From Catajapyx aquilonaris (lineage: Eukaryota), in assembly GCA_000934665.2 (NCBI GenBank), contig KZ538089.1, forward strand, positions 62,001 to 126,000: 64,000 nucleotides of DNA, in the 5' to 3' direction. Below, piece by piece: positions 1-13,700 of the stretch (its first letter is position 1; every line of letters begins with the position of its first letter). The translations under genes were made by a program, and so were the position numbers. Under the pieces are notes generated by a model. The model did no database searches and was not told the origin of the DNA. It worked only from the letters and a program-made list of their open reading frames with translations.

Positions 1-3000
1 AGACATGTTTATGAAAATAAGTCGACTGCACTAAAAGTGCATAAGGTTGGCACAGTGCCCAAGTTTCAGAGAGAAGGGTACGGTTTGTTCACTCCAGAGA
101 ACCAGTTGTAATGTGCAATCAGGGTCACATTCACGTGTCGGGATTGATGTGTCTTTTATAAACTGGTTGTCTGTGGTAAACAATCCGCAGATTTTCCCCT
201 TGAGCTGCTGGGGGGACTGTTTGCCTTTGATTTGCATTACGTTTGATGACATTTCCCGTGCAATAAATACGGTACGCTGTATATGCACTTGTGATTGATT
301 AGCAAATCCATTAAGTGCTGAAACCTTTTTCGTACGATGTAGCAGCACTCATTCAGTGTGTTGTTGCAGCTTTGAATTGTCAGCGTGTCCGGTATGTTAC
401 TGTCAGGTTAAGAGCATATAAGTCCAAGGCCTCCATTTGGGGCAATCATTTCAAGAATCCCCTCGTATATAGACACGGATTGACAGAGCCGCACAGGATT
501 TTTGTCGTGTGATGCATTAATTGCCAGCATGCAGGTTTGTCACCAAGGTTAACAAACTGGAAATATCCCATCAGCACAAGTCCTCTACTGCTTCTGCTGC
601 TGCTTTCCCCCCCACCTGATATCTGCTTCATGCATGTGCCGACCTTCGCTCTAATCACTTACTTACGTAACTAGTATGTATCGGCGTTACAGTGATATTC
701 TTCCGATCCCACATTCAGCCAGGCTTTTTTATCAGGAGCGAGAGCACGTGGATGTGAGTCACACGCGGTTTTTTGGCGGAGGTTCTCCTACTCTCTGATA
801 CATGATGCAGTCTGGTATATTAGTGCAGCCAAGAACATGCAGAGTGTCTGGATGGTGTTGTCGTGACTGGAGGCGCGTGCGGCGGGCCCCAAACCTCCAT
901 GCAGGCAGGCAGGCAGGCAGCCCAAGACATGGCAGCGTCTGTGTCGTGAAGCCGCCACTTGGCACGTTTCAATGAAGGCGATTAGGCCGCCTTGCTCACG
1001 CAAACATCTCTTTTCTCTCATCCCTCCAAAAGCAGCCAGCAGGCTATAAGAAGAAGAAGAAGGCAAGGCAAGGCTACTACCCCTTTTTTCCTCCATTTGA
1101 TGCCCCGTCTGAGGCTCAGCGCCCTGCCGTCAAACACGAAGGGCCCTTCTCACCTGCATGGTCCACACACTACGGGTTAATCCGGCGTGTGCAGGTGCAA
1201 TCTGCCACACACCATCTAGCTATAAGATCCAGCAATTTCTCGACGCATGTAAAAGACGTTGTTCCCACAGCCCCGGAGCAGCAATATCGACATGTGTGTA
1301 TAAGTGTGCTGACAGTGCAGAAGATGGAGGGGGCCCGAAATCAATTTGGCGACGTTGGCCCCCGCTAAAACACACGCATGCAGCCGCAATAATGATGGAA
1401 AGCGCGGAAATGAAATGTTGGGTCCATTAGTCGTCCGTTGGCTGGCTTGGCTCGGGCCTTTATTGCTGGGAGTAATAATGGGAAATGGAAAGGCGCTTCC
1501 GATTGCCTGCTGCCGAAGTGTCAGGTGGCGCAGGTCTCCATTGGCGCCGGCCTTTAGAAAAAGAGAGCTCTATGTCCACATGCAACCTGTCCGCGCGACT
1601 CATCCAAAAAAACCATCGCATTTTGCTGGAAGAGAGAGACTGGCACCTCAACCGCAAAAATGATTTTTTGGTCACCCCCGCCACTAGCATATATATGTAT
1701 ATACGAGGCATATAGAGCTTGCTGCCAAGAACCGGAATTGGCGCATAAAACCTGTCATCGGTGACCTCCTGCAGGGATCCTCAAAGGTGCCCACAAATCA
1801 CCTTTTCGGGAAAGGAGAAAACTGGCTCTAATTAAATGGGCTGCCGTGGCCTCTCTCTCAAACTCAAAGATGACTTTGCAGTCTGGGGGCTTCGTATAAA
1901 AATGGCGTGGGAAAAGACACAGGGGGACCTCTGAATGTCTAATTGGCCCGTGGGCTTAAGGATTTACTGCGCTTCGTCCGCCGCGACCAAATTGAGGATT
2001 TACAAAAATGAAACGTCCGCGATCCATTCCGCCGTAATTTAATGCCCATTGTGCCGGCTACACGTATATGCGCCCGTTCCACAGTGAATTACATGATGCG
2101 CAAATAAATGATAAGGGATATATAGAAACGCGTTTGGCGGTCTACACATCATTTTGCGGCCTCGTTTGGGGGATTGGGAGAGAAAATGGGCTTAGCTCAT
2201 TTTAATTACGCCGTCACTTTTATAGTTGAGGCCTGCATGGCATTCTTTGGGGCTTGGAGCGTGAAAATAGTGCACAGCAGGACCACTTCCAAGATATTGC
2301 GTGTACAAGTTCATTGGAATTCAACACGTGCGGAGCACACCTTGCTGTGCTTCCACATAATATGTATGTGCTTGCTATTAGATTGTTCATCACCCTCGAA
2401 TTCCGTGTGGATAAATCTGCTGTAGCCATGACGGCTCGAATATATTCAAATATTTCGACTGCGTATGCACGTGACTATAGCAAAACTTGCATCAGTCAAA
2501 ACTGCTGCTTTCTGGGGCAAACAACTCGTAACCTTTCCCCTGACCTACCTCTTGGACTCTCTATACGAATTATTGCTCTTCTTTAATGTTGCAGATATTT
2601 TCCAGCGACGTACGTACATACTGGTTACGTCATAGCTTTAATTAGCTGTAAAATGGAACTTGCGCAAATACCATGGCCCTTCGGTTACAGAAATAGTTCG
2701 AAGATGGGTCTTATATACTGCCCGTTGGCGTGCCCCAAATCTATATAAGCTTTCTGCCTAACTGGATCCAATTCCGACGCAATTTATGCATACACTCACG
2801 TGGGTCGCGCATAAAGTTGTCTGGTGTAATCCAGTAATGGTCGAGCCTGTCTCTGGATTGCCCATTTGGACGGAGACAATGTGAGAGGGGGGCCAAGCAG
2901 CAGCAGCAGAGGGCAAATGGAGAGAAAAAAAATACTGCTTTAGATGGACAGATAACACAGCGTGATATTACCATGGTGATCCCTGCCACAACAAAGATTA

Positions 3001-5898
3001 CTTAGAAGCCCCCGAAGAATCATTATTGGAGATTCTATCGGAATGATCAATTTAACTCCACGGCTCTATAGTCCCCCCCACTCCCTCCTACCCACACACA
3101 CAGAGAAAGAGAGAGGCCAGGCATGGGGCTATCAGTTGCTAACGGACGTCACATGTCCCGCAGCTGGACATGCGCCATTTCCAGGAGAAATATGGTTATG
3201 GCACTTTTGGACCCCGCCAAGCCAAACACCAAAATAAAAAGGCGATAAATAAACGCATCTCCCGACCAAATTAGGGCTCATTTTCTTGCATTACTTATAT
3301 CGAGAAGGTCGCAATAATGCATATTTAAAAATGATGCGATTTTTTGAAAATAAAAGTCAGTAGGACTGACTCATCCTCTCTTAAAAAATGATCAAGAGTC
3401 TCTCATTGCAAGTCCGACCTTGGTTGCTCTGTTGGCCTGTTAAAAAGGAGAAGCCGGTACATGTAAGAGCGGTGCCCTCGAGGCCAGGTGAAATCACTCT
3501 CTCGGGTCAAAGGTCAGGCGGCCATCACCTTAATGAACTGCGGGATGAGCGAACCGGTGAAGGGCCGCATAAGTTTGCTTGGACATTTTCTTCAGCGCGG
3601 GTTGTGACCAGCGGTCAATCACCACTCTTTTCCTCCTGCTCAGTGATTCCGTCTAGACTAATGTGACACCCTGGCAGGCAGACTGACGCACCTTGTATAT
3701 GCTGCGCTGCCAGTTAAATTATTTTGGTCACGTATCGCCCCCAAATGCGGTCTTTTTTTGTGCTGCGAAAGACAATAAGGACACCGTTGCGGTAGCAGTA
3801 TTATTTACACCTTGACCGGTGGGGATTGTAACACCTGCGGTTCCAGGTGATACCAAAACCAGTACACTATGGGAGAGCAAGTATTGTTGTTGTTACCCCC
3901 TTCTTTACAGACCACTTTTAATTTTTTTTAAACCTTTTTTTCTCCCCCTCGCTTGTGTTGGTGTGGCCAGGTCGGCGGCATTCCTCCCCTGGCTGCTATT
4001 GGTCATTTGTCAAAGGAACGCAGACGAAGTGCAGAACAGCTCGGGGCCTGTGTTCTGGAAAGGCGACTAATTAATATCGCTCTTTCTGTTTCTTCTCTTT
4101 TTTTCGGCCAACCTTTTTTCGGACCCAATTCTTGCAGTCGGATGCTCAGGAAAACGCTTTACAAGGAGCAAGCCCCTTCAAAAAAAAAAAAAAGTGGTGA
4201 ATTCCTAGCCCTCATTTTTCTTAGTGACCTGAAGCGGGTCGGGAAAGAAGCACTGCTGATTTATGTGTTCTATTATTTTGTAGGATTCGGTGATCATTGA
4301 GAATTAATTAGCCGTTGCGAAGATAAGCAACAAACTTTCAGGTCGACCTTCAATAACTAGCTGGATTTTTTTTTTGCACACAATCTTGCGGGGGGAAGAT
4401 TAGGAGTGTAGTTGATGAATGAAATCCAAGGAGCGCTTTCAACGCAGATGGAGACAACCTTTTTATTTAGGAGCAGGAGCACTTACATTCTCATCAGAGT
4501 GCAGCAAGTAAAGGGAATTGCCAAGATCCCTTGATTCAATTGGGGGACTCCGAGGGTGAAATCTCCAGCAGCACTAATGATCCCCCCCTCCTTCATTGGC
4601 CTAACGAGTTTTCTTCCCGCTGTTTTTTTTCTCCTTCCTCTCTAACTCTCCGACTCTTTGAAATTGTAGGATATTCCATTCCCGGCACATTTTCCATCTG
4701 GGTTACAAATGGGCTCATTTTCAAGCCCGCTGCTCTCGCTCATATTGCGCCATGTTTCTGAAAATCCACGCTCTTCCTTTCTGCAGCTCCGGATTTAAAA
4801 AACATTTGCTGGCTGATAGGGTGAAGCATTTTACCTATAATTTTTTTCAATGCACAGTATGAGTTGGGGATTCTTCAACGTCGCCTGAATGAGGGCCACC
4901 CCTTTGGTGTTGGGGGCAGGTGGTTGAAGATCCGATGATGGATGGAGTGCGGAAAAATGATCCGGTCATTAAGGGTTTAATGGGCCAATAATCCCCGGAG
5001 GATCCGGGGAGGCGGTCCCGTTGACAAAAGCTCCAGATACAAAGCCCCGATAGAGTCAACCGAGTGCGAACTCGGCCGGGGATTGGTCATTATCTCAAGA
5101 AATATGATCGTCCTCAACAGTCGCCTTTTCTTCAGACCCTCATTTGTTGGCCAACCAAGCCTGAACATAGGGTGGGCAATAACATGCACCTGTTGTTACA
5201 CCCTGTAACCCTTCATTTAATTTTTTTTTGTTATTCGGAATAAGGGAGAGAGGAAAAGTGAGGGTGTTAGAGACTGAGCATTGTTGGCACCTGGTTTGAA
5301 GCACTATAGTGAAATTCTTTAATGTACAACACACGTACATTTTCATTCGAACATGTCCGTCTGATTAGGGCTTCCTAAATGCACCTTCCGGTTTGAGTCC
5401 CCCTCCGACTAAAGTGATGCGTGATTGGCTCCCGGTCCGTTAATTGCGGCCGAAAGATTGACACTTTTACCCTGCCTGAGTCATTAATTTGACTCGAACG
5501 GGAGATAATTACTGCTCATTCAAACTTGAGGTTGCCCAATCTTGAAAAACTCGCCAAATTAAGTCTGAACCAAAATGTCGTGCGTTGGCGCTGAATAGAA
5601 GAAGAAAGAAAAAAAAAATCCGAAACTGGGTTCCACAATTTCAATTCATCTCTCGGAATTATTTAATTACGCCCGGGTAATTGCTTAATGAGCCATTTTG
5701 GGGCCGGCCATTTGATGACACCGCCACAGAAACCGCCCTTCCTCTTGATTCAAACTGCCACTATGTGCATGTACATTATTATTATTTTTTGTTGCTGTCC
5801 AGGGTTCCCTTCATTTGTCTTTCTCAGCGTCCGACATTTTGCGAAAAACCCCGCCACGCCTATGTTATTTCTCGCAAAATTATAGGAATGACCCCCGT

Positions 5899-5900
<2 letters not shown>

Positions 5901-5972
<72 letters not shown>
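5901..5972. repeat. (TA)36 microsatellite
   Basis: Read directly from the sequence. Confidence 0.97.
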
Positions 5973-5973
<1 letters not shown>

Positions 5974-7536
5974 GCGCCCTTCAGATAAAAGTCAGGCTCG
6001 GATTTCCCTACATTAGGGCTATCTAGCCAGAAAGTAATTTCTTCCGATTGAAAAAAAAAGTTGAAAAATATCTGGTCAATCGGAGTGAGTTGCCAATATG
6101 CGGAACCTCCCGCCAGATTCGCATTATTAATTTCCTCTCCCGGAGCAAGTGACGTCATGGAATCAATTGAGCTACATGCAAAGAGGAACTCAATCACGCG
6201 GCATTCAGAGGTCACCCCCTGCAGAAATTAAATGCAAAAAAAAGAGAACTAACTGGTTGCTGGAGTAAACAATTCGTGAAAATAAGCGGCTTATTGGATA
6301 TGCGGTGTTGCCTCATATAGGACATGTGGCAATGTGGCAACGTGGCGGTGGTGACCTGCAATCAAGCAAAGTGCGCCCGTTGCTTATCAACCAATGCGAT
6401 CTAATCATTTGGAGCCAAAGCCCCCACGTCTAATTACCGCCGAGATGTTACCTGGGATTTACTCATGGCCCCCCCTACTATATTTATTCACACACTAGGG
6501 GCGCTACTGTTTGCTTATTGGACGTCCAGCTGGCTTGTCCAATAAAATAATGGACGTGTATGCTTCATGGATCAGCAGGTTTTCACTCTTTAAACATTAT
6601 ATATTTTTTTAAAAAAGAGTTTGGGAGGGTTAGAAATTTGCACTTGTAATCACCGTCCGGGTCGTCTGATCGTTACTGGGCTCGTAACGGGAGGTAATGG
6701 CCGTCCTCGGCTGGGCAGATGTCCCTTTTTTGTTAACTGAGCCCCGCCGCTGATGTTGATGATGATGGCTGCGTTGCTGCCTCATCATCTCCGCTGCTGG
6801 TCGTCGTATTAGCGTCGTAAACTCACCTGCATGTTACAGGAGGCGATTGGGCCCGAATAATGACAGTAACAATACTATACGACGACGGGGTATATACAGC
6901 AGTCCTGACCCACCGTACCATCTTATGATTCATTCTCTGAAAGGAAAGTGTGAAACCGTGGTTGAATCGAGTTCCTTGTATCTGATTCTGGTCTCATCTT
7001 TCGGGTGAATCTGATTGGCTGTCTTGCGGGGTATGCATTAATATTACACTGGATTTTTGATGGGGTGCAATAAACGAGAAACGGGGTCATCTTGCCCGTT
7101 ACGACAGGGGCTTGATGAGATGATTGCACGCCCCGAATAGTCTTATACCCTTCTCTCCAACAACAAAGGTGCAGCCCGATGTCCACCAGCAGGGTTGAAC
7201 ATTAGCATATTGTTTCAAGTCAGACATTTCCAAATGGTTGCTAGCCATCGATTGGTTTGGAAAATGTGACCAGCAGGGGTCGTCTATTGGTGTCTATAGG
7301 TCACCTTCAGAGCGGAAGGTGACGCAGCGGGCAATTGCGCCTCAGGTAATGGAAGGCAATGAGCAAGTTGTGGGTTGACATATGGAGCGTAGCCGATGTG
7401 GTATGATTGCTTATTTGCTTCGTCCGGCAGCAATCACGCTGGCCTGGAAGTGCTGTCGTTAATCATGTCGCACCTCGTCTCCGCCCCCATTGCAGTCGAA
7501 AAAATATTAAGAGGCCGCTTATTCTCATTTTTTCAG

Positions 7537-7727
7537 TTTGAAGCCCCCTCCGAAAGATGGAGTCACCAAGAGCAACCCCAGCAAGCGCCATCGAGAGCGA
7601 CTCAACGCTGAGCTGGACACCCTGGCCAGCCTCTTGCCCTTTGAGCAGAACATCCTGTCCAAGCTGGACAGACTCTCCATCCTGCGGCTGTCGGTCAGCT
7701 ATCTCAGAACAAAAAGCTACTTCCAAG
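7537..7727 (+). CDS. ss: ss/AhR exon encoding the bHLH domain (first coding exon visible in the window)
   Basis: tttcag| acceptor and G|gtaagc donor; encodes [63 protein letters not shown]. Confidence 0.97.
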
Positions 7728-10700
7728 GTAAGCATTGCTGAATTTTCAGTCCCAGAATAGTTTCCGAGACCCTCGTGGGAAGAATGGTCATTGCTATAGG
7801 AGGGGGGGAGGGAAAAGTGGGGGCATATGACGTCGCATATCTCATCAAGAGAGAGTAATTATCCTGGCCTGGACAAGTTTGTCAGCTCGGACCAACCGGA
7901 ACACTCTTGGAAAAAGGCTGACAAATTGTTTGGGCCGGCCATTTCGGTGCATACCCGGCTCATTTCAATCCCACCCCCCCGAAAAGACGACCTTGCCCCC
8001 CTCCCCTCCCCCACCTCCTTTTTCTGATTATAATTTTTTGCACATTTCTTGTACCAAGAACTTTCATCATCAAGCCGAGTTCTCTACGCTTCCAGACACA
8101 TTTACCTCGCCAATTCTTCACGGAACTTGTTAATTCGGACGTTTATTTGGAGGCCAAAACGGTTTTACTTGTTGCAATGTGACGCCAGTATACCCATTTG
8201 GCAATTTTGAGTTTGCCAACTACGGCTTTGTTACTGCTATTTTTTTTTTGCAGCACTAGTCAGAACGTCACGTGTTTTTTTTTATATTCCTCTCCTTGGG
8301 AGAATCCTGTCGTTGTTTCACGCACATCCATACATTGACCGGAAGTATTTGCGCAACAAACCGCCATTTTTATTCCCATGGTTATATTGTTATTGAGGTG
8401 CAGTTAGGGCTCCAATCCCGGGTGTCCTCAGCTCCCGTTGACAACAAAATCGGCGTCATTAGTACTTAACTAACTGCGTCAGAGGTCACCGGGGTCATGT
8501 TATATTGCCACACTGCATCAGCATTGTCATCTTCTGGTTCATCCATCGATGTGACGTCAGTTGCGCGCAATAGTTAAACAAGAAGAAAAAAACTAAATTT
8601 TGCGGGTATTCAGACTTTTCTCTCAATCAGTGGCATGTAAGCCGTAAAGTTTCAGTACTTTCAGTAGACCGGAAGTGGGTTAGGTAGGTGTGTCATACAT
8701 ATTGACAATTTTCTGCTTTTTACGTGTAAGATTTTTTTAAATGGCTGGCAAGTTGGAGACAAGAGTTTCCGTTTCAGTTGGCGATTTTTTTTCGCACAAA
8801 CTAATAGCTAAAGAGTGACTAATAGCAGTGACTGTGCCCCCGTATGGGTTGAGTGACGCCTGAGGTTCTGAGAAGGGCCCAAGCCAAGCAGTGTTCGTGC
8901 TGACTATCGTCTCCCGTCATCGACAGCACAGCTTGCCACATGCAACATCTCCATTTATTACGTTTGTTTCTCTATTTTCCACCTCCCCCAATCAGTTCTT
9001 GAATCCTTGATCTGCTGCTGACGAGTTGGCCAGATATTCTCTGCCTCGCGAATAGTGTTGCTGCTGGAGAAATAGGAGGAGCCTCCGTTCCACTTGCTAT
9101 ACACACAACAACAATCATGCTCGTTCATTTCTCGCGTTTTCACCAGCGCGATTTTTTTTCGGCAGCGAAAGGGACCGCAGCTGATCTGTAATTAACGGAT
9201 TGCCAGAGCTGATTGGCTGGGGACTTATCACGGTTGACCCCCAGATCATGCGCAACACACTAGCCATTCCCACACAAAAATACAGACCAGCTTGGCTCAA
9301 AATTCGTGTCCGCACAGGCTCAAAAAAGCGCAGATTTTTATTAAGTTATTATTATTTCAATTCGTTTCCAATTCCACCATCCTGTAAAAATAGTAGCAGC
9401 GTTTTTGTTGTTTTGACCCGATTTCCATAACAGTCTTTGAGTCGTTGCAGGATAAGTTCCATTCCGGGGGCTGATGGGGGTCATTAGTATCGCAAAGTAG
9501 CTCTGTTGTTTAAGATGCGGGGCCATCTCCGCAAAAGGCTGTTTCGGCACCGCCTGGAATGTCGGACTGGAAGTCCACACTGCTTTTTTTTATATATAAG
9601 TTACTGTATATTGGGTGGGGGGGAGAGAATAGGGGAGGGGGGTAGAAGATAATCTGGGTGCCTGCCGAGCCATTCTTTTTTACAACTCTGTGAAACATGG
9701 AACTGCTGCTAATGGACGCGCAGCTTCCTGCTGAGTTTTGTGCTCAGGGATGTGTTTTTTTTTTTTTCCTTCCATGAAACTGGGTGGGGTTCAAAGAGCT
9801 GAGGGGAAATCTATACGTCGCGTCGCTTAAATATCATTTAATTTATTTAACGCTGTTACGAGTTTCTGGCTTTAGGGTGGAGACTTTTAAATGCCAGTAA
9901 TGTCCGCATCATACGATTTTAAAAATTCTAGATACACCCATTACTAACAAGAATTTATTGCAGAACTCAAGTAAGCACTTGCGTCAATAATAACAAAGTG
10001 TAACATAGTTACAAATATTTGACATAAGTTTAACAGTACTGAAAGATAAAAATATGCGGTCCTGCAGATTCGAAAACACGACGGATTAAATGTACTAAAA
10101 CGCCGATATTGCATGCAGATTAGTTATTTTTTCAAAAAAAAAAATCGCGCTGTGAAATGCGACGCTGGTTGTGATTTACAAGTTTCCATTACTTTTCCGA
10201 CGGTCTCTAAAAGCGCCAACGAGCATGGAATTTCTCGGAAAGAGATGGGGATCAAAGAGCTGCAGTCATATACTTCTCTCTCTCTTTTTTTAAATAGTCT
10301 TATACAACCCGTGTGCGAATCTGATGGCCAAATGTATATCGATCTCCTTCCTGCATGTTTACATTTTTTTCTGACATGTTCGGTATATTCGCGTGTTGGG
10401 CTTGCAAGATGCGCTGAATTACACGTTTCTCGGTGAATCACGCTCATGGCACGTGAAGTGCGTTTACTCGCTGGATTTACAACGCAGTCGGTCTGTTTTC
10501 GTACTGATTGCAGCAAGCTTTTAAAGTAAGCTCCGGTGTTCATTTTCACTAAAGCTCTCATGGTTAATAATAATAATTGATGTAGTCTTCTGGTCCAGGG
10601 ATGCATTTGGCTGAGCCAAGATGGCAGAATATTTGTTGGTGTGTTGATGGCGAATATTTGCGGAATTGGTATATAATGCGATCCCCTTTTACATGTCGGT

Positions 10701-13700
10701 TGATGGGCAAAAGGGATGATTGAGGCCTGTACTTTGCTTCCGTACCAGGTGGCGTGGGGAAATGTTTTGCGACCGAAAATTTGGGAATGAAAAAAGCAGG
10801 GATGGTGGGAGACGATAGAAGTTACCAGCTGGCCTTCTCCCACAATTTCATGATCCATCATTCTGTCATGGCCATTCGTATCTTCATCACTCAAGGCAGA
10901 TTCTCTCAGATTGGCCACTAAAGGGGAGAGTTGGGGGGAGAATCTGCCCGAGCAAACAACCGCGTATATGCGGAAAAAAAAGGAGCCGCTACCGAAAACT
11001 TGGGGCAAAATTTTCTCCACCGAACATGCTCGAAACACGTTCTGTTCGTCCTGCTGTTTGTCAGGCCATCATTATACACCCATGACTATTAGGCCCATGG
11101 GTTAATGTCTGGCAAAACAGTCTGATGCAATTTTAATGGCACTGGAATGCTGCAGCAACATCCGCCACTATAATAATATATGCTCGGTGGCCCCCAAAAC
11201 CACGAATAGCTTCTAGCTATATGGAAAAAAATGTAGTACTGACCACGGTCCAGAAATAATATTCGTCGTGGCTGGATTAAGCCTTTCGACTTTATAACAG
11301 AGAAAAATAGGCGGGTGATAAGGCCCGCACGCGAATATGTGAACCCTACGATATTGTGGAGATAAAAAAGAAAATTTCATCAGGCAACGTTTCCTATTGT
11401 ACATCACTGCTGGGGGGACAGGATTAGTGTAAATAAACCAGAAAATTACCCTTCTACTCCAACACTTTCCTCTCCCCCCCCACCTTCCTTTTTTCTTCCA
11501 CTTCCGCCTTCTTCCTCTACGTATTCGCGATTAGAGCGTGCGAATTGAGTTATTTCGGACGTTATTTAGTGCAGGCCTTGTTCCACGAATTTTGAACTCT
11601 TGGAAATGCTCATTACTCGAGCTATGCTCGAGCTATATGGAGCTGACCTCCAGAGTTGATCCTTATACAGATTAAATTATTATTATTAGTTGTTTTTAAC
11701 CAAGTGCGGCAGAACATTACCGGTACCAGATATCATAAGAACACAAAACCAATTTGTTCCGTAGATTTTGGGCTCGTCGGGAATTTTTACGCAAGTCCGA
11801 ATCTGCGTATGTTGGAGCTACGTAAGTCGGAGACTTGCTGCATTTGCTTCTGCGCAAATTAATTTTCATTTTAAGGCGGGATATTGTTGCACCTAATCAG
11901 CCTCCATGATATATCTCTCGGGGTGATCTCTCGCCAAAGTACCAACAATACTCGTTGCACAATAGTCACCAATGTCTTTAAATAACAGACACGATATGAT
12001 GCACCTGAACATGTGGGTGCTCTTTTGACCGCTATTAGAGAGACCGGCTAGACAGTGTGGAGCGAGAGCATGCCGAGCCTGTAACTCATGTGCTGTGTGC
12101 AGTATGGGAAGCACGTGAGGGCGTGGGAGGAGAGGACATGAGGCTGGATCAAAACTTCATTAACTTGTCGTCCTGAGGAATATACGACAGGGGCGCCGGG
12201 CCATGAAAAAGTAATTAGCTGTGACGGTTAATTAATCAATGAAGAGAGGTGGAGGTGGGCTATGGTGGTGGTGGTTGGGGGTGAGGGGGGGGGGTCTCTC
12301 TCCCTATATATACTGTATGGTTGTTTGCTGGAGCCCCCCCTCACCTCACCTGGAAAGGCAAGAGAGTCCTTTATCCCCGCCGCTTTTGAAGAGCAGGCGT
12401 GCAAATCGCCTTTCCCGACACGTCACACTCGGCCAAACCTCCCAGGAGATTTATACCCAAAAACGTGCCCAGGCTTCCGAAGACCCCGGTGCATTTTGGT
12501 GCACAGCACACGACCAAAAGGACATGTGAATGTGCATCGCCCACGTGTGCTGCTGAATAAGGAAAAAAAGATAAGAATGGAGGCCGCGCGCGGGGCAAAG
12601 TATTATAAGGAGCTGCTTTGGGGTTTGTGGGCACTTGAAGCGCTCATTAACGTCGCTCCGGCTCTTCATGTCGTTTTTCTGGCAATGGAAATGGGCAGAG
12701 CATCGCCTCCCCCCCTTTTCTGGCCCACACTGCACGCAACTCAAAAAAAAGAGAAGAAGAATCCGGAGTGCAGATGCGGATATATGGACTTTTATCCATA
12801 CCTTCCTGCCCGTTCCCATTAAAACCTGCTGCCCTCCCTCGTTTTCTGTGGTTGAGTCTCTAATCCGAGACACTAATTCCAGCCCCAGACTTTCTATACG
12901 CAGCAGCGTACCTATTTTTTTTTCTCTTCCTCCCGGAATTGTTTTATGGTTGTATAAGGGTGGACGTAATCAAAATTTATAACCTAATCTTCCCCAATGT
13001 ACGAGACGGCCCAGGGGAAATTAAGGCAGCTACCTGGTAGTGTACCTGGTGGGGGCTGAATCATCGGCTCCATTTAGCGATAGGGGGACCGCGATGCAGT
13101 TAATGAGTTCCTTACTGTCCATGTGAAAAATGTAAATGAGCCCATAAATCAGTTTGTTTATGTAGAGTGTGGTGGGTTCTCCGGGGCCCCCGCGCGATTC
13201 ACCTCAGTGTTTACGTCCGGGTTGCCATGGGAAACCCCTTATATACTGGGCGGCGGAAAATAAAATAAGAAAAAAAGAAGGTTCGGCACAAGGCTTGTGG
13301 CACCCACAGGGACTTGCAGCAAGCACACTCAAATGTGGTGGAGTCTTTATTCCACTTTTGGCTATATACTCGGGCTTCCCCTCTTCATTTATACGGTTAT
13401 TGCAGGGCATAAAGCATGGCTGGTGGGGGCGGGGGAAGCAAGGGGACGAGAAGAGACCTAAAAAAAATAATCTATCATTTCCGATATTTGTCTGCCTGAC
13501 GTCATTGGCGGCCATCTTGTTCTGCTATTGTTGCTAACTAAAATGGCTGCCAACTGATCAATCGTAGCTACCATGTGCAGTTAGAGAGCCTCGAGGAAGA
13601 GAGTCGCCGACTAATTTTGGACTGATGCTTACGTGTCCTATGGAGGCCGCCATCTTGCGTTGTTATGGAAACAGTGGCCGGCTCTGACGTCACGGTCGAC

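Noticed and set aside
5375..5410. GGTTTGAGTCCC resembling a tRNA T-arm/B-box
   Set aside because: No A-box, cloverleaf or acceptor stem; not a tRNA or a clear SINE.
5681..6215. ORFs with YIYIYI repeats
   Set aside because: Translation of the (TA)n microsatellite.
6491..6506. CTCF-like CACTAGGGGCGCTA
   Set aside because: One base short in the G-run relative to the CCACYAGRKGGCRC consensus; a single site with no other support.
1..7536. Search for the first coding exon of ss/AhR (expected basic YATKRRRR-type N-terminus ending in phase 2)
   Set aside because: Not found. The RRRRRQGK in ORF 992..1180 comes from an (AGA)n microsatellite and lacks a suitable donor, so the exon is probably upstream of the window.
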